Source of the DNA: an uncultured Fibrobacterota bacterium
GTDB taxonomy: Bacteria > Fibrobacterota > Chitinivibrionia > Chitinivibrionales > FEN-1185
Length of the DNA stretch: 64,000 bases
NCBI GenBank assembly: GCA_963753345.1
Contig: CAVWBU010000049.1
Coordinates: forward strand, 32,001 to 96,000
Direction of reading: 5' to 3'
Position numbers and translations under genes: made by a program. The notes under the pieces are model-generated. The model was not told where the DNA came from and searched no databases. It saw only the letters and a program-made list of their open reading frames with translations. Of the stretch, positions 11,663 to 22,151 are shown piece after piece (the first letter of the stretch is position 1; the number at the start of each line of letters is the position of its first letter).

Positions 11663-11944
11663 CTATCTCTCATCCCTTCTCGCCCGGTAAGCCATGGCCT
11701 TCTCCAGTTGCGCAATCGCCTTGCGCGAAGCAGCTATGGCCGCAGCCTTGTGACCGCCGAAATTGTGCGGGGCCGCTTCCATATAGGCAATGGCGTCCTC
11801 AAGGTCCCGGATTGCGGTTGCGATGCGGGGATGGTCGGCCAGCTCGGAGCCGACCGCAGCGCGAGGCGCCGGCTGCGCCTGCACCTGAGAGCAGGGAAGG
11901 ACCAGAACCGCAGAACACAGCGCGAACAGGAGAGCTTTCTTCAT
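11663..11944 (-). CDS. Small secreted helical protein
   Basis: Signal peptide, AAGGAG RBS, APHNFGGHKAAAI motif. Confidence 0.75.
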   Translation of the reverse strand: MKKALLFALCSAVLVLPCSQVQAQPAPRAAVGSELADHPRIATAIRDLEDAIAYMEAAPHNFGGHKAAAIAASRKAIAQLEKAMAYRARRDER

Positions 11945-12050
11945 ACCATAACTCCTTTGGTTTGGGCATGTGGCAGAACGAGCATTCGTCGCCTGCAGTA
12001 ACGCGGGCGACGAATGCGTGGGTATCCGAAATAAGGCCTCAGCAGACGGG

Positions 12051-12320
12051 CTATCTTTTCTTGCTTGACAGGATCCTGTACGTTTGCGAAACCGACAATC
12101 CGAACTTCTTGGCGATTTCGATGCCGGTTGTGTCGCCCTTGTACATGGCGATCACTTTCTTGTCGCGGGCGGGATTGAGCGCCCTTCGCGAGGGGATACT
12201 GTATTTTGCCCGCAACTGGTGGATGGCCTGACGGGTCACTCCGAATTTCTTGGCGATCGCCTGGTCGGTCCTGAGGGTCTTCTGCAGGCGGACAAGGTCA
12301 CTCTTGCTTGTAAGAGCCAT
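12051..12320 (-). CDS. Small protein with two HTH motifs
   Basis: DQAIAKKFGVTRQAIHQ and GIEIAKKFGLSVSQTYRIL; AGGAG RBS. Confidence 0.8.
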   Translation of the reverse strand: MALTSKSDLVRLQKTLRTDQAIAKKFGVTRQAIHQLRAKYSIPSRRALNPARDKKVIAMYKGDTTGIEIAKKFGLSVSQTYRILSSKKR

Positions 12321-12470
12321 ACACTCTCCTTTGGTAATAAGTGGTTCGGTTGTTCATCTCCCGCTCCGGGGACTCTCGCGCCCGGATGGGCGTTTGTTTG
12401 AGTATTAGACTGCATAACGGGAAAAATGTTTCCGATTTTGTTTCGGCGCTGCAGACATGCAGTTTCTAAA

Positions 12471-12486
12471 CGCAAGGATTGTGCCA
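12471..12486 (-). promoter_or_regulatory. Putative sigma54 (-24/-12) promoter for the HTH gene
   Basis: Minus strand reads TGGCAC-AATCC-TTGCG, matching TGGCAC-N5-TTGC. Confidence 0.65.
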
Positions 12487-12857
12487 TTTGTCCTGAGGGG
12501 GGAACGGCGGCGACGTTGTCAATCCCACAGCGAGCGGATTCCTCGGAGCTTGCTCCGGGGTTAGCGAGCGACTAACAGCCTGTTCTTTTTCTATAGGGAT
12601 GGAAGATTCCTCGTCCCGCGGGACTGCGGGGTTCTTCAATTCCGGGAAGACAATTGGGAAAAGGAGAATGCTGGAAGAGGTCTTGCAGCATGACTCTTGC
12701 AGAGCGACACGCGCCGAACCGCTTCCGAAAGGGCTTTTAATGCCGCTGGATATTATTTTGTTGGCTGGTGATAAGGATCGGTTTCCTGCAAGAGCTCACC
12801 ATGGCCGGGTGCAAGCCTGCCGATCGATCGCAACGTGCTGTTTGCCAGAGGAACGTC

Positions 12858-13793
12858 ATGAACCCGGTTCGCAGCGTCCTTGTTGTCGTGCTTGCCTTTG
12901 CCTCGTTCTCCTATGCCTCCTCCGCCGATTCCCTGTCCGGTGCACCCGGCCCGTCCCTCGTGCTTCTGCCCGATTACTATCTGTGCTTCGACATGTCAAC
13001 GTTCGCGCTCTACCGTGACGCGTTTTTCAAGCGGGAGTACCTGGCCGAGCAGCATCCGCAGTTCGAATTCTGCCTCTTGTCATACAAAAACCTTCTCGCG
13101 TTTACGTGGGACGTTGATTTCCAGGTGGGGCTCGGCGAGGTGCCGGGGAACAACGTTTTTACGGTGCTCAGCATTGCGTTCGGCTACAGTCCCGCTCTGG
13201 AAGTGCGGCTCCGCGATGTGTGGATATCGGGCGGCCTGGAACACCGGTGCCTTCACGATGTTGACAGAAGCGATTTTCCCGTCGCCTACTGGAACAGGGG
13301 GGTTCTTAATTGCTCCTCCCCGAACGCACGTCTCGGCGCCTACTGGCACGCGCTCGCGGCCGACAAGGACTTTTCGCAGAAGAGCCGCGTTGCCTGGCAG
13401 GCGCAGTCGGCCTATTGCATCAAGGACTTTTTCGGCCTTGTCTCCCCTGGAAAGCTCGACGGGTACGATCCCTTTGTGTGGGAGGTGAACGGCGTGTGCC
13501 GCTATGCCTTCTTCAAACGCGGAAGCTGGATTCTCGACCTGCGGGGTGAGAGTATCGCGGGCAATTTCAGCAGAGCGCACGGCTATCATGTGTCAAGCGG
13601 CACCAACTGGTACTGGCGCGAGACTGCCGGGATCGAGGCGTTCTTTACCCGAGGGGTACGCGGCGCAAGCCTGTACGTTCTTTATAACCTCGACGACATG
13701 CCGGCCGATCCCAACGGTCCGTCGTTCACGCTGGGCGATTCGCGGTTCTCGAAAGACGAACTGCTCCAGATCGGGGTGACGTTTTTCAATTAG
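12858..13793 (+). CDS. Hypothetical exported protein, possibly an outer-membrane beta-barrel
   Basis: Signal peptide, aromatic beta-rich sequence, C-terminus IGVTFFN. Confidence 0.6.
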   Translation: MNPVRSVLVVVLAFASFSYASSADSLSGAPGPSLVLLPDYYLCFDMSTFALYRDAFFKREYLAEQHPQFEFCLLSYKNLLAFTWDVDFQVGLGEVPGNNVFTVLSIAFGYSPALEVRLRDVWISGGLEHRCLHDVDRSDFPVAYWNRGVLNCSSPNARLGAYWHALAADKDFSQKSRVAWQAQSAYCIKDFFGLVSPGKLDGYDPFVWEVNGVCRYAFFKRGSWILDLRGESIAGNFSRAHGYHVSSGTNWYWRETAGIEAFFTRGVRGASLYVLYNLDDMPADPNGPSFTLGDSRFSKDELLQIGVTFFN

Positions 13794-13852
13794 GGGTAAG
13801 AGGGAACCTCACGGCGAGAGACACGCCCCCGACCTTGAGGCAACATTAACCC

Positions 13853-14494
13853 ATGACGCATCTTCATCCTCACATCATCCTGGAGACTCTTTCCGCCGCG
13901 ATTGTCTTCGGTTTTGCCGCCGGATTCTCGCCCGGTCCGCTCCTTGCGCTCACCATTTCCCAATCGGTGAGGCACGGCGCCCGCGAAGGCGTTAAGGTCG
14001 CCTTTGCGCCGTTTTTTACCGACGCGCCGATAATCGCCGCGTCCCTTGCGGCCCTCGCGCGGCTGGAACACCTCAAGCCCGTGCTGGGCGCCATAACCAT
14101 TGCCGGCAGCCTGTTCGTGTGCTGGCTTGGATACGACAGCATCCGCACTTCAACGCTTCGGGTTGATGGCAAGAGCGAAGGCGCGGGATCGCTGGGCAAA
14201 GGAATTGTTGCCAACTTTCTGAGCCCGCATCCTTATATTTTCTGGATGGCGGTAGGCTCGCCGTTCGTGCTCAGGGCCTGGACAGCGTCGCATGCTGCGG
14301 CGGTCCTTTTCCCCGTGTGTTTTCTTTCGAGCCTTGCCGCCGCCAAGGTGCTGGTGGCGATTGCCGCCGGACAATCGAGAAGGTTCCTGAGCGACAGGGC
14401 ATATTCGGCGATCATGAAGACGCTCGGGGTTGCGCTCTTTGCGTTTGCAATACTGCTTGCGCGGGAAGGCGCGGCGTTGTTGACATCCCGGTAG
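13853..14494 (+). CDS. LysE-family translocator
   Basis: SPGP motif, NFLSPHPYIFW, multiple TM segments. Confidence 0.85.
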   Translation: MTHLHPHIILETLSAAIVFGFAAGFSPGPLLALTISQSVRHGAREGVKVAFAPFFTDAPIIAASLAALARLEHLKPVLGAITIAGSLFVCWLGYDSIRTSTLRVDGKSEGAGSLGKGIVANFLSPHPYIFWMAVGSPFVLRAWTASHAAAVLFPVCFLSSLAAAKVLVAIAAGQSRRFLSDRAYSAIMKTLGVALFAFAILLAREGAALLTSR

Positions 14495-14527
14495 GAAGGT
14501 CCGCATCACCTGCTCAGAAAGGCGCGT

Positions 14528-15475
14528 ATGAAAACGAAGTCGATGGCCGTGATGCTTCTCTGCTGTCTGCTCGCGATTACCTGCTGTATCAATCCGATCC
14601 AGAAGGTGATTGACCAATTCAACAAGCCGCCCGACATCGCCGCGTTCACCAGGGCGGTGAAGGTGAACCTGCCCCTGGCCTATGCCGCGTCCATTGCCAT
14701 GGAGGTGATGAACAAATCCGCTGTTGCGGGCGTTACCCTGGCGCGCACGAACGATTCGTTCCCGTGCAACGCGATCGTCACCATCCCGGTCAACCGCAGC
14801 AATCCGCTTCCCGTGGGCAGCGACACGGTGACTGGCTCGATGATGGTGGCCGGACTCTGGGCCGACTCGAACACCGCGGTCGCGTCGGTGTTCTTTACGC
14901 ATACGAACATCAGGGACGGCACGTTTGAGCTTCGCGACGTCGCCTTCGTGCCCATCACCCGCGACTCCTCGGGCACCATGGTGGTGTTCGCGAGCGAAGA
15001 CGTGAACGCCGATTCGAGCGTGGTGATGACCACGACCATCACCGATTCGCTCTTTAATGTCAAGTTCCAGGGCGTTCCGGACTCGCTTCCGACCGACAGT
15101 TCTCTCGCCGTGCATCAAAATGCATGGATCACCATCGCGCAGCGGCCCGCCGGAGCAGCCATCGGCCGGGAAACGTACACGCTCTACGGCGCGAGCCAGT
15201 ATCTGGGCGTTTCGTCTTCAACCACCGAGGTTATTGAGGCGGTGATGGTGGGGGTGAAAATGACGCCGTTTGCCTGCCGCGCAAACCCAGACAGCGGATA
15301 TGCCATGGTCCGCGACATCAAGATCCAGGACGCGAACCATTCGTCGGACATCGACCTCGGGACCACGGTGTTGACATTTAAGACCGCGTGCACGGGGCAG
15401 GCGACCATCCTGCTCGCAACGGGCGAATACCTGGCGCGGACCGGCTCGACCATTGCGCTCAACCTCGACCAATAA
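14528..15475 (+). CDS. Hypothetical lipoprotein
   Basis: Signal peptide ending in Cys; 315-aa ORF. Confidence 0.7.
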   Translation: MKTKSMAVMLLCCLLAITCCINPIQKVIDQFNKPPDIAAFTRAVKVNLPLAYAASIAMEVMNKSAVAGVTLARTNDSFPCNAIVTIPVNRSNPLPVGSDTVTGSMMVAGLWADSNTAVASVFFTHTNIRDGTFELRDVAFVPITRDSSGTMVVFASEDVNADSSVVMTTTITDSLFNVKFQGVPDSLPTDSSLAVHQNAWITIAQRPAGAAIGRETYTLYGASQYLGVSSSTTEVIEAVMVGVKMTPFACRANPDSGYAMVRDIKIQDANHSSDIDLGTTVLTFKTACTGQATILLATGEYLARTGSTIALNLDQ

Positions 15476-15491
15476 CAAAAGGGGAAACTGC

Positions 15492-16397
15492 GTGAAATTG
15501 CGGGACGTTCCCTTGGTGATCGCGGCAGCCGCTTGCTGCGCATTCTGCCAGCCGGACAGCGGCAACATCGTGCACACCGGCCAGGCTACCTACTACAGTG
15601 CGACCGGCGACGGTGCGTGCATGTTCGGCCCGTCTCCCGGCGACCTCATGGTGTGCGCGATGAACGCCGCCGAATACGACACCGCAGCCGTATGCGGAGC
15701 GTCGATTCACATCGTCGGGCCTTCGGGGGAGGTCACGGTGCGCGTCGTTGATTTGTGCCCGGAATGCCCCAGGGGCAATGTTGACTTGAGCAAACAGGCG
15801 TTCGCGAAAATCGCCGACACCATCCTGGGGCGGGTCTCAATTACCTGGCGGTATGTGGAAACAAGCGTTTCCGGCCCGATCGACTACCGGATAAAAACAG
15901 GGAGCAATCCCTGGTGGATCGGCATTCAGATTCTTAACCATCGCAACCCGGTTGCCAGGCTCGAGGCGGACAGCGCGGGGAAATGGATTACCGTGCCGCG
16001 CATGAGCTACAATTACTTTGTGGATTCTTCGGGGCTTGGCCCCGGACCCTATAGCTTCAGGGTGACGGACCTTTACGGCCAGCAGTTGACGGACGCAAAT
16101 ATTCCGCTCGCGCCGGATGCCATCACCCCGGGCGCGGCGAATTTCGCAAGCCATGCGGCAACGGTAAGGCAGGGCATCGCCTCGCACGACCTTAGGGGCA
16201 GTATACACATGATCTTGAGGGCGGTGATGGGCCGGGGGAGATTGCTGGGACCGACCGAAAAGGGGCCGTTTGATGTTTATAGGATAGACGGAGCCTTTGT
16301 CGGCCATGTCACTAATTCCGTCGGCGGCGAAAACAGGATCGCCGTCGGCGTCTATCTTCTAAAACCGGCGGGTGGCACAAATCAAGGAGAGCAATAG
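15492..16397 (+). CDS. Bacterial expansin-like protein (DPBB + CBM63) with C-terminal tail
   Basis: GQATYY, GACMFG, VVDLCPEC, DLSKQAF, YNYFV. Confidence 0.88.
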   Translation: MKLRDVPLVIAAAACCAFCQPDSGNIVHTGQATYYSATGDGACMFGPSPGDLMVCAMNAAEYDTAAVCGASIHIVGPSGEVTVRVVDLCPECPRGNVDLSKQAFAKIADTILGRVSITWRYVETSVSGPIDYRIKTGSNPWWIGIQILNHRNPVARLEADSAGKWITVPRMSYNYFVDSSGLGPGPYSFRVTDLYGQQLTDANIPLAPDAITPGAANFASHAATVRQGIASHDLRGSIHMILRAVMGRGRLLGPTEKGPFDVYRIDGAFVGHVTNSVGGENRIAVGVYLLKPAGGTNQGEQ

Positions 16398-16477
16398 AGG
16401 GCTGATCTCTATGTGGATATGCGCGCCGGCGTATCCGCCAACGGTGAACGCCAACCAATTCGCTATTCACTATTCAA

Positions 16478-18724
16478 TTACAACCGCGCAAACGTCTGCG
16501 GGGCGCTCGTGGCCCCGTTGTGCTTCACCCGCACGATGATGCATCCCCTGGCCGCGGCATCGGGGATCGCAACGGGCCTGCTTCCGACAACGGCAAGCGC
16601 GGCGAGTTGACGGCCGCGCATATCGAAAATCTGAACGAGCGCCCGTTCGCCCGCCGCAATGCCGCGCACCGAAATACGATTTCTGCCGCTTATCACCGCG
16701 CACACCGGCGCTGCGGCGGCACGGACGCCTGCGCCATGCAACGTGGACACGGGAACGCCCAACGCGACCATGGCGGCCAGGGCGTCCACCTTGCCCGCGC
16801 CCCAGCGCACGTCGGGTGTCGTTATCGGGCCGGTATACTGGTCCTTGATCGCCGTCTGTTGCAGGATGGTGGTGACGCTTTCCGGTGTGAGCGTCGGATC
16901 GGCCTGGAGCATGAGCGCCACGATGCCCGCCACGATGGGCGCGGAAAGCGATGTGCCCTGGCTCCAGGCATACCGGCCGGCAAGACTTGCCTGCGTAGGC
17001 CACGCGACGGTTCGGCTGTTGTCGGGTGCGTTTCTCGGGATTGCCCCCACCACCATGCGGCCCGGCGCGCAGATCTCCGGCTTTATCCTTCCGTCAACCG
17101 TTGGCCCGATGCTCGACCACGTTGTCCACTCGTACAGCGCAGAGTCCGGATGGCCCGTTGTCGATCCGTCGTACAGGAATGTCGACGACTTGCTGTAATA
17201 GCTGCCCACGGAAATGATCCGCTTGGCCGTGCTGCCGATTTCGTTCACCGTGATGAGCGTGTCGCCGTCGTAGAAGCCGGGAGAGCCCTGGCCCCACATG
17301 TTGTGCTTGTAGCAGTTCCATGCGTGAATGGTGCAGGCAGAGCTTGACGTGACGCGAATGCCGGGGATAACGCTCCAGTTGCTGGAATAGACGTAGATTT
17401 CGGTGTGCGGCTTCTGGTTGGTGGCGTTGGCCTTCTCCACAAAGGTCTCAACGATAAGCGTGTCCGGTCCTTTTGTGGCGTTGGGCCAGAGAAACTTGTC
17501 CGCCGATTGGCTGTTCCTGTTTGTCGTGAGTGCGATGCTGCTTTTTCCGAATGCGCCGGTCGAATCCTGCAAAACGTACAGTGTGGTGGAAAAGGGCTTG
17601 TTCGGCTCGCCCCATATGTCAACGAGGGAATAGGCGATATATTTCTGGTTTGTGGGACTCACGGAATCCCAAACATCCTCGGACCAGACCCATGTTCCCA
17701 TGGTGTCGTTGGCGGCGAGCGGAAACGCGATGTGCACCTTTGTCGCGCCGTCGTTGCCCGCGGCCCCGACCACGATGCGGCTGAGGCCCGTTGTTGCGCT
17801 CACGCCCGACAGGGCATCAACGGCCTGGTCGACGAGCGAGGTGCCGTCGTGAGGGCCTTCCTGTATGCCGATGCTCATGTTCACGACGCACGGCATCTTG
17901 AGCGAGTCCGCAATCGAAAAGATCCAATTGAGGCCGTTGACGATATCTGCGGTGGTGCCGCTGTCGCTGCCGTACATCACACCGATGATCGAAGCGTCGG
18001 GTGCCGCGCCCGTATACGCGAATTGCCGGTCCCGTCCGGCGCCCATGCTGGCGGTCATGGTTCCGTGGGTTTCGGGGCCCAGGCCGAACAGGGTGTCTTT
18101 GTCAATTTCCTGCTGCATCCGTATGAGTCCGTAGCCGAAACGGTTGGCTCGAATCTTTGATGTGTCGGTCTGGTTCCAGATGCCGACAAATCTTGAATGG
18201 CCGAGCGAATCAAGGAAGGCCGGGTGATGCGTATCGAATTCGGTGTCGAGGAATCCAATGAGCACGCCCTTGCCGGTGAAATGCTTGGTGAGGCCGCTTG
18301 GCGCGGTGCCCTGAACTTCGTTGATGTGCGTTTCGCGCCGCACCGAATCCATGTTTGAGAAAATATGCTTCCGGTGTTCAATGGAGAGAATACCCGGGAT
18401 CGCCGTGAGGTAGGGCGCAGTATGCTCGCATCCTTCGAGGGATGCGATATCGTTTATCCGTGTAACGAGGCGCCATCCTGCCGGCGCCAGCGAGGACGAA
18501 GAAAACGTTTTATCCACAAGCGCGAGCACGCGTATGGTCTTTTTGCAGCCCGAGCGTTGTATTTCCGCTGAGGCCGCCAGAAGGTTTTCACGAGTGGGAA
18601 GCATCGGGTGTTTGTTTATTTCAAAGGTCCCCACGTAGTGGACCGGCTTGCCGACATTCGCACCGCTGAGTGTTGCAATCCCGGCAAGCATCAGCAATGC
18701 AAGGCTTCGGATCAAAGACATCAT
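16478..18724 (-). CDS. Secreted S8 subtilase with C-terminal sorting-type domain
   Basis: Catalytic triad motifs LDTEFD, HGTMTA, GTSLSAP. Confidence 0.9.
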   Translation of the reverse strand: MMSLIRSLALLMLAGIATLSGANVGKPVHYVGTFEINKHPMLPTRENLLAASAEIQRSGCKKTIRVLALVDKTFSSSSLAPAGWRLVTRINDIASLEGCEHTAPYLTAIPGILSIEHRKHIFSNMDSVRRETHINEVQGTAPSGLTKHFTGKGVLIGFLDTEFDTHHPAFLDSLGHSRFVGIWNQTDTSKIRANRFGYGLIRMQQEIDKDTLFGLGPETHGTMTASMGAGRDRQFAYTGAAPDASIIGVMYGSDSGTTADIVNGLNWIFSIADSLKMPCVVNMSIGIQEGPHDGTSLVDQAVDALSGVSATTGLSRIVVGAAGNDGATKVHIAFPLAANDTMGTWVWSEDVWDSVSPTNQKYIAYSLVDIWGEPNKPFSTTLYVLQDSTGAFGKSSIALTTNRNSQSADKFLWPNATKGPDTLIVETFVEKANATNQKPHTEIYVYSSNWSVIPGIRVTSSSACTIHAWNCYKHNMWGQGSPGFYDGDTLITVNEIGSTAKRIISVGSYYSKSSTFLYDGSTTGHPDSALYEWTTWSSIGPTVDGRIKPEICAPGRMVVGAIPRNAPDNSRTVAWPTQASLAGRYAWSQGTSLSAPIVAGIVALMLQADPTLTPESVTTILQQTAIKDQYTGPITTPDVRWGAGKVDALAAMVALGVPVSTLHGAGVRAAAAPVCAVISGRNRISVRGIAAGERALVQIFDMRGRQLAALAVVGSRPVAIPDAAARGCIIVRVKHNGATSAPQTFARL

Positions 18725-18839
18725 ACAGGAGCTCCCTATCGCAGTCCTACCACATAGTATAGCACGGGATTGAGGGGTTTGCCAGATTTTGTTGGGGAGA
18801 CTAGGGGAATCCAATTCATTAGAATACATGAGAAGAGAT

Positions 18840-18975
18840 GGGCGCCCCGCCGCTTCGCGGCGGCGGCCCTCCTTCCAGGCTCGGCCTTTGGCCTCGTTGC
18901 CGCCTGTCCCGACCGCCTTCGGCGAGGGATCAGGCGGCAATGCGCTCTAGCGCACCTTCCAGTCCGGCCTGGCGC
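18840..18975 (-). repeat. Unit B; its linker is interrupted by IS5 and the heptamers resume at 19985-20016
   Basis: Minus strand reads GCGCCAGGCCGGACTGG...GGAGGGCC...GGCGCCC. Confidence 0.9.
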
Positions 18976-19031
18976 GCGGCAGAAGAAGTCTATTCTGTCA
19001 AGTTTGATTTCTGCGCTGGCTGGAATACTAA

Positions 19032-19953
19032 GAGCTTATCCATAAATAAGAATTGTGGTTAATGTCGGCATATATGATATTATTTCCATGGAAGAACCAA
19101 AAAAACGCAGGCTCTATTCATGGGAGATATCGGACGAGTTCTGGGCGAAAGTTGAACCGTTAATACCGAAAAAGAAGCGTGATCGCCGTCAGAAGTTCGT
19201 TCGTGAATCAGGAGGTGGACGGAAACCCATATCACCTCGTCTTGTTTTGGCTGGGATAGTTTTTGTTCTTCGGACGGGAATTCAATGGAAAGCGCTTCCG
19301 AAGACTCAATTTGGCAGTCCAAGTGCAATCCATCGCTATTTTCTTGAGTGGCAAAAGGCCAGATTCTTCGAGAAATTGTGGAAAGCAGGGATTGCCGAAT
19401 ACGACGATATGGAAGGCATAGCCTGGCAATGGCAAAGTATTGATGGTGGGATGAACAAAGCCCCACTTGCACTTGAAAATGTCGGCCACAACCCAACTGA
19501 TCGGGGAAAAAAATGGCAGCAAGCGAAGCATACTCGTCGACGGTCGTGGCATCCCGCTGTCGCTCGTCGTGAGCGGAGCACAGAAGCACGACGTGAAGTT
19601 GCTGCCTGATACACTTGACAACATTATGATAGAACGTCCAACAACAAAAGCTCGTCGGAGACAGCATTTGTGTGCTGATAAAGGGTATACAGGAGAGCCC
19701 GCGTTCAACCAGTGTGTCGAGCGGCGATATATCCCTTGCATTCGGCAACGAGGAGAAGAAATTGAAATGAAGCGCAGGAACCCAAGGTTCAAGGCGCAAA
19801 GATGGGTTGTGGAGCGATGCTTGTCGTGGCTCAACCGCTTCAGAAAATTGCTGGTTCGTTTTGAAAAACTTGCTCGTAGTCATACAGGTTTACTACAGTT
19901 GGCTTGTGCAATAATATGTTTCAGACAATCAACTTTTATTTATGGATAAGCTC
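19032..19953 (+). mobile_element. IS5-family insertion sequence, 922 bp
   Basis: 18-bp perfect inverted repeats GAGCTTATCCATAAATAA; TAA target-site duplication (19029-19031 and 19954-19956); lower GC. Confidence 0.93.
19088..19949 (+). CDS. IS5-family transposase in two overlapping ORFs, probably joined by -1 frameshift at GGGGAAAAAAA (19503-19513)
   Basis: LRTGIQWKALP, SIDG, ADKGY and RWVVERCLSWLNRFRKL motifs. Confidence 0.9.
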
Positions 19954-20023
19954 TAAGATCAAACCGCCAATGTTGATTCTTTAAGCTGTCAACTGTCAAC
20001 CGCCAACTGTCAACTCTCTCTAG

Positions 20024-20788
20024 CTATTCAACAAGCTTTCTAATCTCCGCAATCGCCTGCTTGATCGCCACAACCTCATCCGCCAGCATGTCCACCTTCT
20101 TTTCGAGTACTGCGAACCGGTCGTTGACCGAGCCTGTTATCGCCGGCGCGGGCGAAGCGCCTTCCGGCGGGGGAACTTGTTGTGCCGGGACATCGCCGAA
20201 AAAGCAGTGCGCGTAACGCTGTTCCTTTTTTCCCGGCTGCTTTGGCAGTTTTGCAACAAGCGGCCCGAGAGAAGGCGACATCAGCTTGAGCACGCAGGTT
20301 TCCACTTCGTCAATGGCGGGAAAGGCGTGCATGCGTGTGCATACGGTGCGCAGTTCCCCGGCCGTGAGCGGGCCGCGCAGGAGCAGCTCGGTGAGGATGG
20401 CCAGTTCGGGTCGAACAAGGTTCGCGGCGACCGAACGGCTTGCCGGTGCGTTTTCCGCTGACGGGTCCGCGTTTGCCTGCGCGCCCGCCGCGTCGGCGGG
20501 CGCGTCCTGCGCCGCAACCGCGAGCCGCGCGGGAAGGTTGTGCTCGAACTTGGGAACCCTGCCGCCGGCCGTGGAAAGCTGCCACGCCAGGTTCTTGCCG
20601 CGCAGGGATTCGAGCGCCATGGTCACGTCGTCGGCGGTGAGCGTCATCACGGGATCGCGGTTGTTTTTCTGGTTGCACGCGGCTACGAGCGCGTTGAGCG
20701 AGAGCGGGTAGTATTCGGGCGTGGTGAGTTCCTTTTCGACAAGCGACCCGAGGACGCGTGCCTCAACAAGAGAAAGGATGATGTCCAT
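20024..20788 (-). CDS. YceH/DUF480 family protein
   Basis: EARVLGSLVEKELTTPEYYPLSLNAL..ACNQK and LLLRGP motifs. Confidence 0.9.
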   Translation of the reverse strand: MDIILSLVEARVLGSLVEKELTTPEYYPLSLNALVAACNQKNNRDPVMTLTADDVTMALESLRGKNLAWQLSTAGGRVPKFEHNLPARLAVAAQDAPADAAGAQANADPSAENAPASRSVAANLVRPELAILTELLLRGPLTAGELRTVCTRMHAFPAIDEVETCVLKLMSPSLGPLVAKLPKQPGKKEQRYAHCFFGDVPAQQVPPPEGASPAPAITGSVNDRFAVLEKKVDMLADEVVAIKQAIAEIRKLVE

Positions 20789-20884
20789 GCGAAAGATCCT
20801 TTAAGGGTAGTATTGTTTGGCCAGGGACCAGTTTCATGATATCAAAATACTACTATTGCAATGTTAATGTTTTTTCAAGTTCTT

Positions 20885-21225
20885 GGTGGGGGCACCGCTT
20901 CGCGTTTCCCCCTCGCTGCGGCCTCCTCGGCCTTCGGCCTGCGGTGTCCTCCGCTTCCCCCTCCAGCAAAGGGGCGCGCCGAAGTCGCTCGCTTGACGCT
21001 CGCGAGGCGTCGCCCCTTCGCAACGCAACCGCTGTGGTATGCCGCTACGCGGCGATAGTATATGAGGATGCAAGCAATTGCCTGTTGCGCTTGCGCCAGG
21101 CCGGACTGGAGGCCGCGCTGGAGCGCGGTGCCGCCAGGACCCGCCGCAACGCGGCATTGGGCCGTGGCGGCCCGAGGCCTGTGGCCGAGACCGGAAGGAG
21201 GGCCGCCGCCGAAGGCGGGGCGCCC
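20885..21225. repeat. Composite element: variant unit A (20885-21020) and unit B (21093-21225, +)
   Basis: Core motifs shared with the other copies. Confidence 0.85.
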
Positions 21226-21316
21226 ATTTTTTATGTATGGATTTATTTCAAGGGAAAGTTGTTTGTTGGGTTTAGTATATTATTATAGCCATCACCCCCA
21301 ACCCAAAGGACTGGAA

Positions 21317-22126
21317 ATGAAAAAGACAACCGCACTCTCTGTCATTGCCATCATTGCAATCACGGCACTCTCCGCATTTGCAAAAGACAAGCCCACGTCC
21401 GACGGCGTGATGCTCAAGGCGGACTACGGCGCACAGAAGCAGTGGACCTATGCCGTAACGTATACCTCGCAGGGCAACTTCAGGCAGAAAGCCACGAACT
21501 CGGCCAAGGCTTCCGAAATCCAGTGCATCCTGACCGTCACCAAGAACAACGCAAAGAAACTCGCGGTCAAGGCGGACAGCGTTTCGATAAAGTCGGACAT
21601 TTACAAAGAAGACCTGCAGAAGGAAATCAAGGAGAAGCTGCTCAAGGCGGACTATGCGCTGTCGCTTACCAACGGGTTCCCCTCCATCGACACGTCGCTC
21701 GAAATCCCGGCAAGCAGCGTTCTTGAATGGGACCTGTACCGCCAGATGGCAAAGCTGCTGCCGGCCCTCCCCGCAAAGCCGGTCAAGCCGGGTTTTACGT
21801 GGGAGCGCACCGACGCTTTTCCCATGAACACGCCCCGCGGCAAGGTATTGTGCGAAGTGTACCGCAATTACACCTTCGGCGTGCTCGCGGGCGACTCCGC
21901 CATGATAAGCTGGAAATTCCGCTATTCCGGCACCGGCAAACCCGACTCCTCGGCTTTAAGCGACGTGCCCGTGTTCGGTACGGGCAACGGCACCGCGGTG
22001 CTCGATGTCAAGCGCGGCTGCATTTTAAACGCCGAGATGAATTTCACCACGCCGGTGGCCGTGGTGGGCGACGTGAGCATCGTGTGGCATGAGAAGGCGG
22101 AGATGAAATTGGCGGAGGGGAAGTAG
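21317..22126 (+). CDS. Hypothetical secreted protein
   Basis: AAGGA RBS, signal peptide MKKTTALSVIAIIAITALSAFA. Confidence 0.75.
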   Translation: MKKTTALSVIAIIAITALSAFAKDKPTSDGVMLKADYGAQKQWTYAVTYTSQGNFRQKATNSAKASEIQCILTVTKNNAKKLAVKADSVSIKSDIYKEDLQKEIKEKLLKADYALSLTNGFPSIDTSLEIPASSVLEWDLYRQMAKLLPALPAKPVKPGFTWERTDAFPMNTPRGKVLCEVYRNYTFGVLAGDSAMISWKFRYSGTGKPDSSALSDVPVFGTGNGTAVLDVKRGCILNAEMNFTTPVAVVGDVSIVWHEKAEMKLAEGK

Positions 22127-22151
22127 GGGAGAGGCGCGGGGATATTGTTGG

